Below are positions 44,714-56,173 of a stretch of DNA of 64,000 nt, one piece after another. The notes below the pieces were generated by a model. The model ran no database searches. It saw nothing but the letters and a program-made list of their open reading frames with translations, and was not told where the DNA came from. Both the position numbers and the translations under genes were made by a program. The first letter of the stretch is position 1, and every line of letters begins with the position of its first letter. This stretch comes from Nitrospirota bacterium (GTDB lineage Bacteria > Nitrospirota > UBA9217): positions 768,001 to 832,000 of the forward strand of contig CAWCKW010000012.1 of the NCBI GenBank assembly GCA_963796285.1. The letters run 5' to 3'.

Positions 44714-45989
44714 TTAGGAGAATGATCCAAAATTATCTTGATCTTTTACTTCGTTAATCTTTATGTTGATTTTTTTACCGATATCCCCTGTTTTTGCCCC
44801 ATAAATCTTCACCCGAATGTAATTATCCGTTAGACCTGTCAGTAGGCCTGTATCAGGATCGACCTTGTCTTCGACGACAACCTTGAGCTCTGATCCCAGG
44901 TGCATTTTTCTGAACAAAAGGTTTTTTCCCATCCCAAGTGTGCGGAGAGCGGCATTGCGTTCCTTTTTGATCATTTCCGGGACCTGGTCCTTCATCTCAG
45001 CCGCAGGCGTGCCAGGACGAGGAGAGTAACTGAATACATGCAAGTGCGTCAAAGGAGACATTTCCACGAGCCGCATGGTATTCTGAAACTCTTTTTCACC
45101 CTCTCCGGGGTATCCTACGATAATATCCGCTCCCAGTGCGATGCCGGGAACCTGTTTCGCAATATTTTCAATCAATTCCTGATAGAAACGAGAAGTATAT
45201 CTCCTTTTCATGGATGCTAAAATTGCATCGTCGCCGCTCTGAAGCGGGATGTGCAAGTGTCTGCAGAGTCCCTGGCCGAGATGCGTGATCATCTCCTGCG
45301 TGACCTCATTCGGTTCGATCGAACTCAAGCGCAACCGAGTAGAGTCCCTTGACAGGATAAGAGTCTTGAGCATGTTCCGTGAGATTGATACCATACCCGA
45401 GATCAGACCCGTAGGTTCCTATATGAACCCCGGTCAGTACCACCTCAGGACATCCATTGCTTACAAGACGTTCGAATTCATGAAGGACATCGCTTGGTGC
45501 GGCGCTTCGGGAATTACCTCTTGCGAAGGGAACTATGCAGTAGGAGCATCGGTTGTCACAGCCATCCTGTATCTTCAGGAAGCCACGTGTTCTCGAGTGC
45601 AGGGCCTTTATCGGCACATTTGAAGCAGGCCGTCTGTCGGAGCCAGAAGCGGTGGCCATCGACATAATATGATCAGTGATCACGCCCTTATCGCGGTTCC
45701 CGATCACCAGAACTACCCCCGGTATCTTTTTTATCTCGTCCGGGCTTGTTTCGGCATAGCAGCCTGTAACGACTACTTTTGCACCATTTCCGCGTCTTAC
45801 TGCCGAACGGACCATTCTCCTGCACTCATAGTCACTTTTTGAGGTCACTGTGCAGGTATTGATGACATAGACATCAGCCTCAGCGTCAAAGGGCACGACA
45901 GTGTTCCCGCGCGAGAGAAGATCCTGTTGCATAACGTCTGTCTCAAACTGGTTGATTTTACATCCGAGGGTCGTAAACGCTATTCGCAT
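44714..45989 (-). CDS. mtaB: tRNA t6A37 methylthiotransferase MtaB, one frameshift
   Basis: TLGCKINQFE, INTCTVT, KIQDGCDNRCSYC, RLRLSSIEP, HVFSYSPRPGT. Confidence 0.93.
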
Positions 45990-47293
45990 AACTGTCCGGT
46001 TAGAGAATTCATACCTGCCGCGGTGATCCTGACCATGGCGAGTGATCCGATGAGGGCGGCGGGCGCGTTGAAGTTCACTGCCTTGTTCCCCCTGGTCCTT
46101 CCACTCAGCGTTCCGCCTTTTTTGCTCAACCCGTCAACAAGGACCTCCTGAAGTGAATTGACGAGTTTATTGATTGTTCCGCGATGTTAATTCCCTTTGA
46201 AGTTCCAGCACCTGAGCAAGTCTCTTTTCCTTTATGTCATCAGTCAGGTGACCGTCATGCTTGAGCGCGGCCGTACCCGGCCGTTTCGAGTACTTGAATG
46301 CAAAGATGCCGTCATACTGCACTTCTTCAAGGAGGTCCATAGTCAGTGCAAAATCCCGTTCTTGTTCTCCCGGGAACCCGACGATGATGTCCGTGGTGAG
46401 TGTAATATAAGGCAAAGCCTCCCGCAATCTCTTGATCTTTCCAAGATATTCCTCACGGGTATAGCGTCTATTCATGGCACTCAGAATGTCATTAGAACCG
46501 CTCTGGACCGGCAGATGCAGGGACTCGCAGACCTTGGGAAGGTCGCGTAGTGTTGAAATCAGGTCGTCAGAGAGATCCCGGGGATGGGAGGTTACAAATC
46601 GTATCCGCTCGATAGCAGGAACATCGTTGACCATTCTCAGAAGAGAAGGGAAATTCGCGTGCCCTTCCAGTCCCTTGCCGTACGAGTTCACGTTCTGACC
46701 CAGCAGGGTTACTTCCTTGTAGCCTTTCTCGGGCGAGCTCGCGCACTTCGCTAACGATTTCGGAAGGTAGCCGTGAACGTTCCCTGCCGCGCAGATACGG
46801 CACTACGCAATAGGTACAAAAGTTATTGCACCCGTACATAATGGATACCCAGGCTTTTAATCTGTCTGTCCGGGTGGTTGGGATACGTTTTCGGTGATAG
46901 TCAGGGTCTCCCGCAATATCGACTACCGGAAGGGACCAGGAACGCTTTCTTTCGATCAGTGCAGGGAGTCGCGAGATGTCCGAAGGGCCGAATACCATGT
47001 CCACATAGGGTGCACGGGAGAGGATATTCGCCCCTTCCTGCTGCGCAATACAGCCGGCCACCGCGATCTTGAGGCCCGGTCTCTCGTCTTTGATCTTTTT
47101 CAGCCGCCCCAACTCGCTGTAGAATTTCTGTTCTGCTTTTTCACGGATACTGCACGTGTTCAGGATGACCATGTCCGCATGTCTCTGCAAGTGACGAGGA
47201 GGTGAATCCCTGTTCTTCGAGAATGCCCGTCATGCGTTCGGAATCGTGCTCATTCATCTGGCAGCCAAAGGTGATAATATGAAACGATTTCAT
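45980..47293 (-). CDS. miaB: tRNA i6A37 methylthiotransferase MiaB, frameshifted
   Basis: [44 protein letters not shown]-like C-terminus. Confidence 0.94.
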
Positions 47294-47366
47294 GCTCATG
47301 AGGTCATTATAATACGCCGGTAAGTGTTAAACAAGAGGTATCTGAATATAGCGCAGGAGCGGGTCG

Positions 47367-48171
47367 TTAGCGGGAAACCATAAGTCGGACAGTTTCTCCT
47401 CGTTTGACTGACAGTGCTGTTCTGGCGTTTTGCTTGTACATGAATATTTCGAGCGACACCTGAGCTATTGATTATGGCGCCCGCCTCTCCCGGTGCGGCC
47501 TCGGCATAAAATTTCTTTAGTCCCTTGATCGATTTGCCGGCGAAACTGACTGATGTTGCGCCCAGGTCCACACCCTCCGGAGAAAGCAACTGGATCTCCT
47601 TATAGGTGATATTCGTAATGATATTGCCGAACCGGTCTATGTGGACGACATGCCCCTCGATGCCGTTCGGCGTTATTTTTGGTGCGGGGATGTTCAACTT
47701 CACATAGTCCGTGATTTCATCGCCAAAGTTCGCTGAGGCGATGCCTTTTGAAAGCCAGCCCGCGACCGGGGCAAAGATATCTCTTCCGTGGAACGTCGGC
47801 CCCGGGTTGGGGAGAAAATAGTGGGTCGAAGTGATATGATGCACCCTGATGCGCTCCGCTTCCTGGTAGATCAGGGTAAAGAGACCATTATCAGGGCCGA
47901 CGAAGTAGTAACTTTCGGTCACGACAATGATCGGTCTTCTGCCGCTGCCCACACCGGGATCCACAACGGCGAGGTGCACCGTGCCCTTCGGGAAGTGACT
48001 GTATGCGGACCTCAGCGTATACGCAGCTTCCCAGATATCCTGAGGATTGATCTCGTTGGATATATCGATGATCTGCGTTTGGGGATTGATCTTAAGAATG
48101 ACACCCTTCATGCTGGCTGCAAAGGCATCTTTTCCGCCGAAATCGGTTGTCAGTGTTATAATGGCGGACAT
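47367..48171 (-). CDS. SAM hydroxide adenosyltransferase / chlorinase-fluorinase family (DUF62), 3' frameshift
   Basis: ITLTTDFG, VVDPGVG, GPDNG, TFHGRDIFAP, IDRFGN. Confidence 0.92.
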
Positions 48172-48306
48172 ATATCCCCCGGTCAAATGCATAACGGTGT
48201 CTGATCGATTGAAAATGAATATATCAGGCTGAATTTGCTTTGTCAATCCAAAGATATGATCATAGGCGACCACTGCTCGCGAAATAGTGTTTATTGTATG
48301 AATCCG

Positions 48307-48963
48307 TTAAGCACGTCGTCGAATTTGCGGGAGCCGTGAGGGTATGATTCCCACTATCCGTATACCGGATATTTTTTCTATCACTGCCGGACTTGTCTTT
48401 TCCGCCAATCCAGGTTTCCAGTCCAGAGCATAATTGATCACAATACCGGCAATCGCTATATTATGACCCTTGAGCGCTGCGATAGAGAGCAAGGTGTGAT
48501 TGATCGTCCCCAGACCCGGTCTTGCCACGATCAGGACGGGAAGACCCATGGTATATGCAAGATCAAGATAGGTATATTGTCCGGACAACGGCACCATGAT
48601 GCCTCCTGCCCCTTCTACGATCATGAATTCATGTCTTTCACGCAGAGCGTATTAAAGGCAACGATTAGTTTCTCAGGATCGATCTTTTTGCCCTCTCGTG
48701 CAGCGGCAACTGAAGGAGCTAGCGGTTTTCTGAATCGATAAGGGTTTACGAGTGAAAGCGCGTCCTTCACACCCGCGGATTTCATCAGGCGGAGCGCGTC
48801 CTTGGGCATCAGCCGACCAGCGCGTATACGGCATCCGGTTTCGGCGGGCTTCATTACTCCTACGTTCACGCCCCGGAGTTTGAGTAGCTGTTGCAATTCC
48901 CGCGGACACATACGTCTTCCCTACGCCGGTATCGGTTCCGGTAACGAATAATCCTGAGGTCAT
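48307..48963 (-). CDS. bioD: Dethiobiotin synthase, frameshifted
   Basis: TGTDTGVGKT, KPAETG, VEGAGG, LGTINHTLL. Confidence 0.93.
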
Positions 48964-48972
48964 AATGTTCCA

Positions 48973-49714
48973 TTACAGTATCCTGCTGTCCAGATTGAAC
49001 ACCTGTCCAGACACATTGTGCGTTAACGAGAGTTGATAAATGAGTTCGGCTACTTCATCGGCATCGGATGCCTCTGCCAAGCGTGTTTTCCCGCAATATG
49101 CGATTATGAATCTCATTCGATATTGTCGCACCCATTTCTGTCGTCAAATATCCGGGCAGCACGGCATTGACCTGGATATTAAATAAACCAAGCTCCTTTG
49201 CGGCAGCTTTGGTCAGTCCGATAAGGCCGGCCTTTGCAGCTGAATAGTTCGCCTGCCCTTCCCTGCCCTGCTAACCCGACGATGGATGAAATGTTGATAA
49301 TATGGCCGCTTAGCCGTTTTATCATATGGTCAGCTGCAGCCCGAATGCAGTGGAATGGTCCACTGAGATTGGCATCGGACACATCGTCCCAGTCTTCCTC
49401 GCTCATACGAAGCATGATCCTGTCTTTCGTGATTGCAGCATTGTTTATCAAAACATCGACAGCACCCCACCGTTCAAGTGTGTAGTTGACCATCGTGTTC
49501 AATTTCGACCAGTATTCTTGACATCGGCCCGTAAAGAATTGCTTCTCCGCCATTCTGAGATATTTCATCTGCCACGGCCCTCGCTGCCCGTTCATTTGAT
49601 AAAAATTCACGACTACCCGTTCACCTGCCCTGCCGAAACGGAGGGCCATCGCTCTGCCGAGGCCTCGAGAAGCGCCGGTAATGATGATAACCCGTTTTTA
49701 TCGGACCCCGCCAT
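48973..49714 (-). CDS. FabG-like short-chain dehydrogenase, frameshifted
   Basis: TGASRGLG, NNAAI.KD, NISSIVG, NYSAAK (YxxxK), VSGQVFNLD. Confidence 0.85.
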
Positions 49715-50873
49715 TTAAATATAGCCTTCTTTTTTAACATGCTGAAAATATCGAGCGCAGAATCAATATCTGCGTCCGAATGCGCCGCCGTAACGGTTGT
49801 CCTTATCCGTGCGGCATCTGCCGGCACGGTAGGCGGACGGATCGCAGTTGCGTAAATGCCGTATTCGAACAGTTTCTCTGCTGCCTTCAGTGCCCGTCCC
49901 GAATCGCCGATGATAACGGGAATGATGGGCGTTTCAGAGGTTCCTGTGCTGATCCCGATCGATCTCAGTCCATTGACAAATTTGTTCCTGTTATTCCAGA
50001 GCCTGTCCCTTCGTTCCGGATCCTGTTCGAGAACATCGATCGCCGCAAGAGATGCTGCACAGACAGATGGCGGCAGACGCGGTGCTGAAGATAAAACTTC
50101 TTGCACAATTGATCAGCATGTCGATGAGTTCCTTGCTCCCGGCAACATAGGCGCCGAATGATCCAAACGCCTTTCCGAGTGTCCCCATCTGGATATGTAC
50201 GCGGCCCAAGAGTCCGAAATGCTCGACCGTCCCTTTGCCTGTTTTGCCGAGCACCCCGGTGCCATGGGCATCATCAACCATGAGTATCGCGTCGTATTTC
50301 TCGGCAAGAGAACGAGGTCCGGGAGAGGCGCGATGTCGCCGTCCATACTGAAGACGCCATCAGTGACGATCAGTTTTCGCTTGGCGTTCAGGTTGTTTTT
50401 CAATAGTGTTTCGACCTGCACCGAATCCTTGTGACGGTATACCATTACCTGCGCCTTGCTCAGGCGGCAGCCGTCAATGATGCTCGCATGGTTCAGGCTG
50501 TCGCTCAGGATCAGGTCTCCGGTGCCAACGATTGCGGGGATAATACCGGTATTAGCTGCATATCCCGAGTTGAAAACAAGCGCCGCCTCCGTGCCTTTGA
50601 AGCGGGCAATGCCTGTTCTCAAGAGCCTGGTGCAATGCGCTCGTTCCTGAAATGAGTCTTGACGCGCCGGCTCCAAAGCCGTAACGTTCCATCGCATGCA
50701 AAGCGGCCTGACGGAGCGCAAGGATGATTTGCAAGGCCAAGATAGTCGTTCGAGCACAGAAGCAGCATCTCCCTGTCTTTCATCGTAACCGGGAACCGTT
50801 ATAAGAGTCAACGACCCGGAGACGCCGTAGAAGGTGTCTGTTCATCTAATTTGGATAGCTCGTTTTCAAACAT
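49715..50873 (-). CDS. bioF: 8-amino-7-oxononanoate synthase, frameshifted
   Basis: [45 protein letters not shown]. Confidence 0.93.
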
Positions 50874-50999
50874 GGATTTTCCTTGTTATCATAGAAAACA
50901 CAGCGGACTCAGATCTGTTACCACGGATAAACGCGAGTCACCCATTAAGTACCATGGAAATAATCACCAGGTTCAATCGCAGGCCTGCACATGCTGCTG

Positions 51000-51767
51000 T
51001 CAGAGATCAATACGGCTTCGGTTTGAAGATAGTTGATGAATCTGCACATATCCAGGTCGTTCCTGTTGACAAAGAATGCCCTGCCGCCTCTCGAGTCGTC
51101 CTGCAATTTCAATATCGGGAAACGAACATAACCGATGCTTTCGAGGAAGCCACGTATCCAGCGGTATAGTCAGGTTCATCGGACCAGCAAAGCTCGGCAA
51201 CCATGCCGGGCGCATGCGCGACCTTGGTGGCAAGCGCTAATGCCTCACGGGTGCGGAAGTGTGTAAGACCGATCGCGGACAGCTTCCTGGTAATTGCATC
51301 AAGCGCTTCATCGGTCCAGTCGAATCTTGATGCTCGGACGCCCCGCTCCTGATCGGGTTCCAGCCGTATGCCGGTCTGCGCATCAATGATCATGGCGCCG
51401 CGCATGTTCCGGCCAGAAGGCGCTGCGCCGTTGCAAAGATGATTGATCGCAGCCATGGCAGCCTGTTCCGATATTTCCAGTGAGTGTAAGATCCTTGAAG
51501 CAGCTGAGCGAGCCCGTGGTCATATCGGGTGTATTGACGGTAACGACATCAAGTGCGGTCAGCATCCGGATCGGAGCATGTTCCCGAGATTCTCAATTTT
51601 TATCACGATCTGTTCAGGCGTGAACTTCTTTCCCCGGGCTCGTGGTAATAAGCGACTGCACGGTATCATCTATCTTTTCCGATGAGACGATCCGTTCAGC
51701 GCCTGAGAGATGTTGGTTCCCGGCGGATGCCCGCATGCGGATGCTGTAGAGAGAGGCACTGGTCCAT
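51000..51767 (-). CDS. bioW: 6-carboxyhexanoate (pimelate)-CoA ligase, frameshifted
   Basis: YSIRMRAS..HLSGAERIV, MRGAM, EALALATKV, ELCWSDEPDYTAGYVAS. Confidence 0.88.
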
Positions 51768-51771
51768 GTGA

Positions 51772-52758
51772 TCAGAGCGTGAGACCCAGATCCCGGACCA
51801 TCTTGAGATCTTCTTCCGGGTCAAGCCCCGAGGTCGTGAGATAATTGCCGATCATGAAATCCGTCCGCGCCGGCTGCGAAGATGAGCGGATGGAGCTGGC
51901 CAAGCGTTGTTCCCCTGCCCGCACAAACGCGTATCTCCTTTTCGGGCAGGACCAGACGGAACAAGGCAAGTGAATGAAGCGCCTCAAGCGGCGTAATGGG
52001 AGTCACGTCCTCAAGCGGGGTACCCATGATAGGCATCAGGAAGTTGATCGGCACCGAATCAACATCGAGCTCGCGCAGGGTAAAGGCCATCTTGATTCGG
52101 TCCTCCATTGCTCTCACCCATGCCGAGAATGCCGCCGCTGCAGGCGGAAAGCCCAACAGAACGTGCATTTTGGAGCACTTCAATCCGTTCATCGAAGCTA
52201 TGGGTGGTACATATTCGCGAAAAGTATTCACGGAGGTCTCGATATTATGATGATAGCGCTGGAGGCCGGCGCTCTTTCAGGTAGGAAAGCTGGTCTTTCG
52301 TGAGCGTGCCGAGCGTGGCGCAGGGAGAAAGGCCGATGTCGCGGACCTTCCGTATCCCCTCAGCGATGGTCTCAAGATCCGTCACGTGAATCAATGCCGC
52401 GTCCGCTCGTGACGATGCAGAAACGCTTGGCGCCGTTCCTTTTTGAGCTAATCGCGGCCTCTGTCATGCTGATCGACAGAGATGAGCGGATAGACCGGCG
52501 CACCGGTGGCATGATGCACCGATTGCGCGCAATAGGAGCAATTTTCACTGCAGGCCCCGGACTTGGCGTTTACAATTGAGCAGATATCCACTGTTTCGCC
52601 CCGGAAATGTCCGCGCACCCTTCCCGCTGCAGCGAACAAGTCCCAGAGGTCAGCGCCTTTGGCCTGCGAGAGCTCACAGACTACGTCATATCGATACTCG
52701 TGCCATTCAAGACTGTATCAAGAATAAAGGAAATGTTTTGTTTCATCGCTCGGTTCAT
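51772..52758 (-). CDS. bioB: Biotin synthase, frameshifted
   Basis: [40 protein letters not shown]. Confidence 0.93.
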
Positions 52759-52787
52759 GGTTAACTTTTTACCTGATATATGATCAA

Positions 52788-52820
52788 TTGTCAACCAATT
52801 TAAGTTTACATGGTTAACAA
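52788..52820. promoter_or_regulatory. BirA biotin operator
   Basis: TTGTCAACC-N15-GGTTAACAA palindrome 30 bp upstream of bioB. Confidence 0.85.
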
Positions 52821-52966
52821 ATACAGGTACATCGCTGTGGACCAGATGAAAGCTTATTAATGCAGCAGCCTGTCCGAAGACAGAGATGCAAATGGGGCTG
52901 GAAGTAGAGTGAATATGAAATAAGTTCAGTATGAGATATAGAGGAAGGGTGAGTGATCGACGGAGG

Positions 52967-54426
52967 TTATTTCAGACTGGCGACTATGGCATTCACTTGC
53001 TGTTCCATCATTGATCTGATGAATCCAGGGATGCTGGGTCGTTTGCCTCAAATCGCATGACCAGGACGGGCTGCGTGTTCGAGGCACGGATAAGGCCCCA
53101 ACCCTTTTCAAAAATTGCACGCACCCCATCCACGGTTATTACCTCGCGAGGCCTTTGCGGGAGACTGTTTCCGTTGAGAAATGCCTCTTTTGCCTTCTCT
53201 ACGACCTTAAATTTGATCTTATCAGGACAGTCAAAACGGATCTCGGGGGTGTTAAAGGTTTTGGGCAGGTCGGCAAGCAATCAAGCTGAGTGACGCATTG
53301 TTGCCCTTCGCAGACTTAAGGTTTTGAGTATTTCAACGATGCGGCAGGCGGCATAGATGGCGTCATCGTAACCGAAATACCGGTCGGCAAAGAACAGATG
53401 CCCGCTCATTTCACCCGCCATGGCGGCATGGAGCTCTTTCATCTTGGCCTTGATCAGGGAATGCCCTGTTTTCCACATGACGGCATTGCCGCCATGCGCC
53501 CGGATGTCATCGTACATGATCTGTGAGCATTTGACCTCTGACACGAACGTGGCACCCGGTCGTTCGCGCAAGATATCGCGGGAGAAGATGACCATGAGCT
53601 GGTCTCCCCAAAGGATGTTCCCTTTCTCATCTACTACACCTATCCTGTCCGAATCTCCGTCGAATGCAATACCCGCATCGGCCTTCTGGGTGCCGACCGT
53701 ATCGATCAAGGCGGCAAGATTATCCGGGGATCGTCGGGTCCGGATGGTGGTTGGGAAATTTGCCGTCCGGCTCGGAAAAGAGCTCGATCACCTCGCAGTT
53801 CATGCTGCGGATGATATCAGGAGCGGCAAGCCCTGCGGTGCCGTTGCCTGAATCGAGAACTATCTTTGAGCCTGGTCTCTTGGCTGGAATTGAACTAGTT
53901 TTCGATGAAGTCGTATATAATCAGGAAGGATGGGCAAATGCTTTACTGCCCCGTTCTTGGTTATTCCGACACTTTCCTTTTCTCCTGATCCCTGACGCCT
54001 GACCCCTGGCTTCGTGCTTTTCGGCTCGTTCCATGATCTGCCGGATCTTCTGGATCTCTTCACCGTAGATGGTTTCCTTGCCCACGCAAAGCTTGAACCC
54101 ATTGAACTCCGATGGATTGTGGCTCCCGGTGATCATCACCCCCGCGCCCTGATTCAGGTGATAGAGTGAAAAGTAGAGCGCCGGAGTCGGGCAGAGACCG
54201 AGTACCGTAACGTCCACTCCGGCCATGGTAAGGCCTCGCACGATGTCATCGCAGAGCCGGGGAGAGCTTATGCGTGCATCGTAGCCCACGATCACGGTGC
54301 TTGATCCCTTTGGGTTTTAGATAAGCCGCAAAGGCCTTTCCCAGCGTTCTCGATAACCGGCGAGGTAAGATCGCGATCCGCGATGCCGCGGATATCATAT
54401 TCTCGGAATATTTCCGTATTGACCAT
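52967..54426 (-). CDS. Phosphomannomutase/phosphoglucomutase, frameshifted
   Basis: IFREYDIRG, ITGSHNP, FDGDSDR, GEMSGH, RASNTQP. Confidence 0.93.
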
Positions 54427-55930
54427 AATAATGCCGAGATCCTTTTATTCGTAAATTATTTACTGCTGTATGATAGATCGGGAGGGATTTTCTTATTTTG
54501 TTTTCGTGCCGGTTGTAGTCATCATCAAATCGGACGATATCGTCCTCTTCAAGATATTCGCCATTCTGCACTTCGATGATCTGAAGCGGTATCTTGCCTG
54601 GATTTTCGAGCCGGTGCTTTGTGGACATGGGGATATAAGTGCTTTCGTTCGGGTGCACATCGTAGACATTTTCGCCATTGGTCACTCTCGCAGTCCCGGA
54701 GACAACGACCCAGTGCTCGCTCCGGTGGTTGTGAAGCTGATGGGACAGCTTCGTTCCCGGATTGATGACCAGATCGTTTGATCTTGTAACGGTCGCCTTC
54801 TTCCAGAATAGTATAGGAACCCCAGGGCCGGTGGACGGTGAGTGTGGATCAGATGCTCGCCCGATTTGACGCTTTTTGAGTTCCTCAACTACTTTTTTAA
54901 CATCCTGTGCCCGGTCCTTGCTGCAGACCAGCGTGGCGTCCGGCGTATCCACGATAACAACATTCTTCAGGCCGATCGTCGCGACCAGACGTTTTTCTGC
55001 ATAAATGATGGAGTCGTGGCTGTCTATATCGATGACATTTCCGGCAATGACGTTTCCTGATGTGTCGCGGTCCGAAACATCGTCCAACGCAGTCCAGCTA
55101 CCCACGTCCGACCAGCCGATGTCAGCTGGAATGACAGCGGCCCGATCGGTCTTTTCCATAACAGCGTAATCGATGGAGATGGATTCAAGTCGTTTAAAGA
55201 CCTGCGTGATCACTTCGGTTTCCTTGTCTGTGCCGATGTTCTTCTGGATCTCCATCAACCCTTTATAGAGAGCTGGCGCATGCTTTTCGATCTCCTGAAG
55301 GAGTGCGCGTATTTTCCAGATGAAGATGCCGCTGTTCCAGTAATAGTTACCCTGTCTGACGTATTCTCTGGCCGTATCAATATTCGGTTTCTCAACAAAG
55401 GCTTCGACCTTGCAAACACCGCTGTGATCATCTGCCGGTGAACAGGGTACACCGGCCTTGATGTAACCGTAGCCCGTCTCCGGGCGGTCAGGTTTTATCC
55501 CGAGAGTGACCAGATAGTTGTCTGTAGCCGCATCCCCTGCCATACGGAGCAAACCAAGGAATTCATCGGTTTTGCGAATCAAATGATCTGCTGAAAATAC
55601 GGCCATGATTCCGTCAGGATCGATCCTGTTCAAATGGAGCGCAGCGAGTCCCAATGCTGGAGCGGTGTTCTTTGCCTCGGGCTCAAGGATGAAGTTTATG
55701 TTCCAGGTATCGCCGAATTTAGCGGAAAGCTGGGTGTTTATGGCATCCGACAAACCATGATTTGTTACAACGAAGATATCCTCCCGCTTGATTATCGGCA
55801 GGATACGTTTTACCGTCTCCTGAATGAGCGTGTCCTCGGCGCCGATCTTGAGCAACTGTTTCGGCATTTTCTCGCGCGAAAGCGGCCAGAACCGTGTACC
55901 GGAACCACCTGCCATAATAACAGCAAACAT
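54395..55930 (-). CDS. manC: Mannose-1-phosphate guanylyltransferase / mannose-6-phosphate isomerase
   Basis: AGGSGTRFWPLSR, FVEKP, WNSG, WSDVGSW, cupin HRSEHW..EDDIVR; local compensating frameshifts near 54780-54870. Confidence 0.95.
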   Translation of the reverse strand: MFAVIMAGGSGTRFWPLSREKMPKQLLKIGAEDTLIQETVKRILPIIKREDIFVVTNHGLSDAINTQLSAKFGDTWNINFILEPEAKNTAPALGLAALHLNRIDPDGIMAVFSADHLIRKTDEFLGLLRMAGDAATDNYLVTLGIKPDRPETGYGYIKAGVPCSPADDHSGVCKVEAFVEKPNIDTAREYVRQGNYYWNSGIFIWKIRALLQEIEKHAPALYKGLMEIQKNIGTDKETEVITQVFKRLESISIDYAVMEKTDRAAVIPADIGWSDVGSWTALDDVSDRDTSGNVIAGNVIDIDSHDSIIYAEKRLVATIGLKNVVIVDTPDATLVCSKDRAQDVKKVVEELKKRQIGRASDPHSPSTGPGVPILFWKKATVTRSNDLVINPGTKLSHQLHNHRSEHWVVVSGTARVTNGENVYDVHPNESTYIPMSTKHRLENPGKIPLQIIEVQNGEYLEEDDIVRFDDDYNRHENKIRKSLPIYHTAVNNLRIKGSRHYYGQYGNIPRI

Positions 55931-56173
55931 GCGATATCTCTGATTGTTCAAAAAATTGCTCCTTTAAATCAAGGTATATTTTTATCAGGCATGGCTACAA
56001 ACAATTGTTTACATAATAATCTATATGCAGATTATTGTCAACCTCGTGAAAATACATTACAAAGATACTTCGTGAAGATTAATGGTGGCAAATGATACCG
56101 AAGCAGGAAAATTAGGATCCTGTTTTTTACAGAATGTTCAACGAACAGAACCAGCAAAACTGGCGTCCAGCGA

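Noticed and set aside
44560-44717. oriC
   Set aside because: No dnaA/dnaN nearby, few and degenerate boxes, and dif lies only 26 kb away.
47367-48171. Halogenase (fluorinase/chlorinase) natural-product cluster
   Set aside because: Housekeeping context and the HGRD motif favour a SAM hydrolase; no biosynthetic genes are adjacent.
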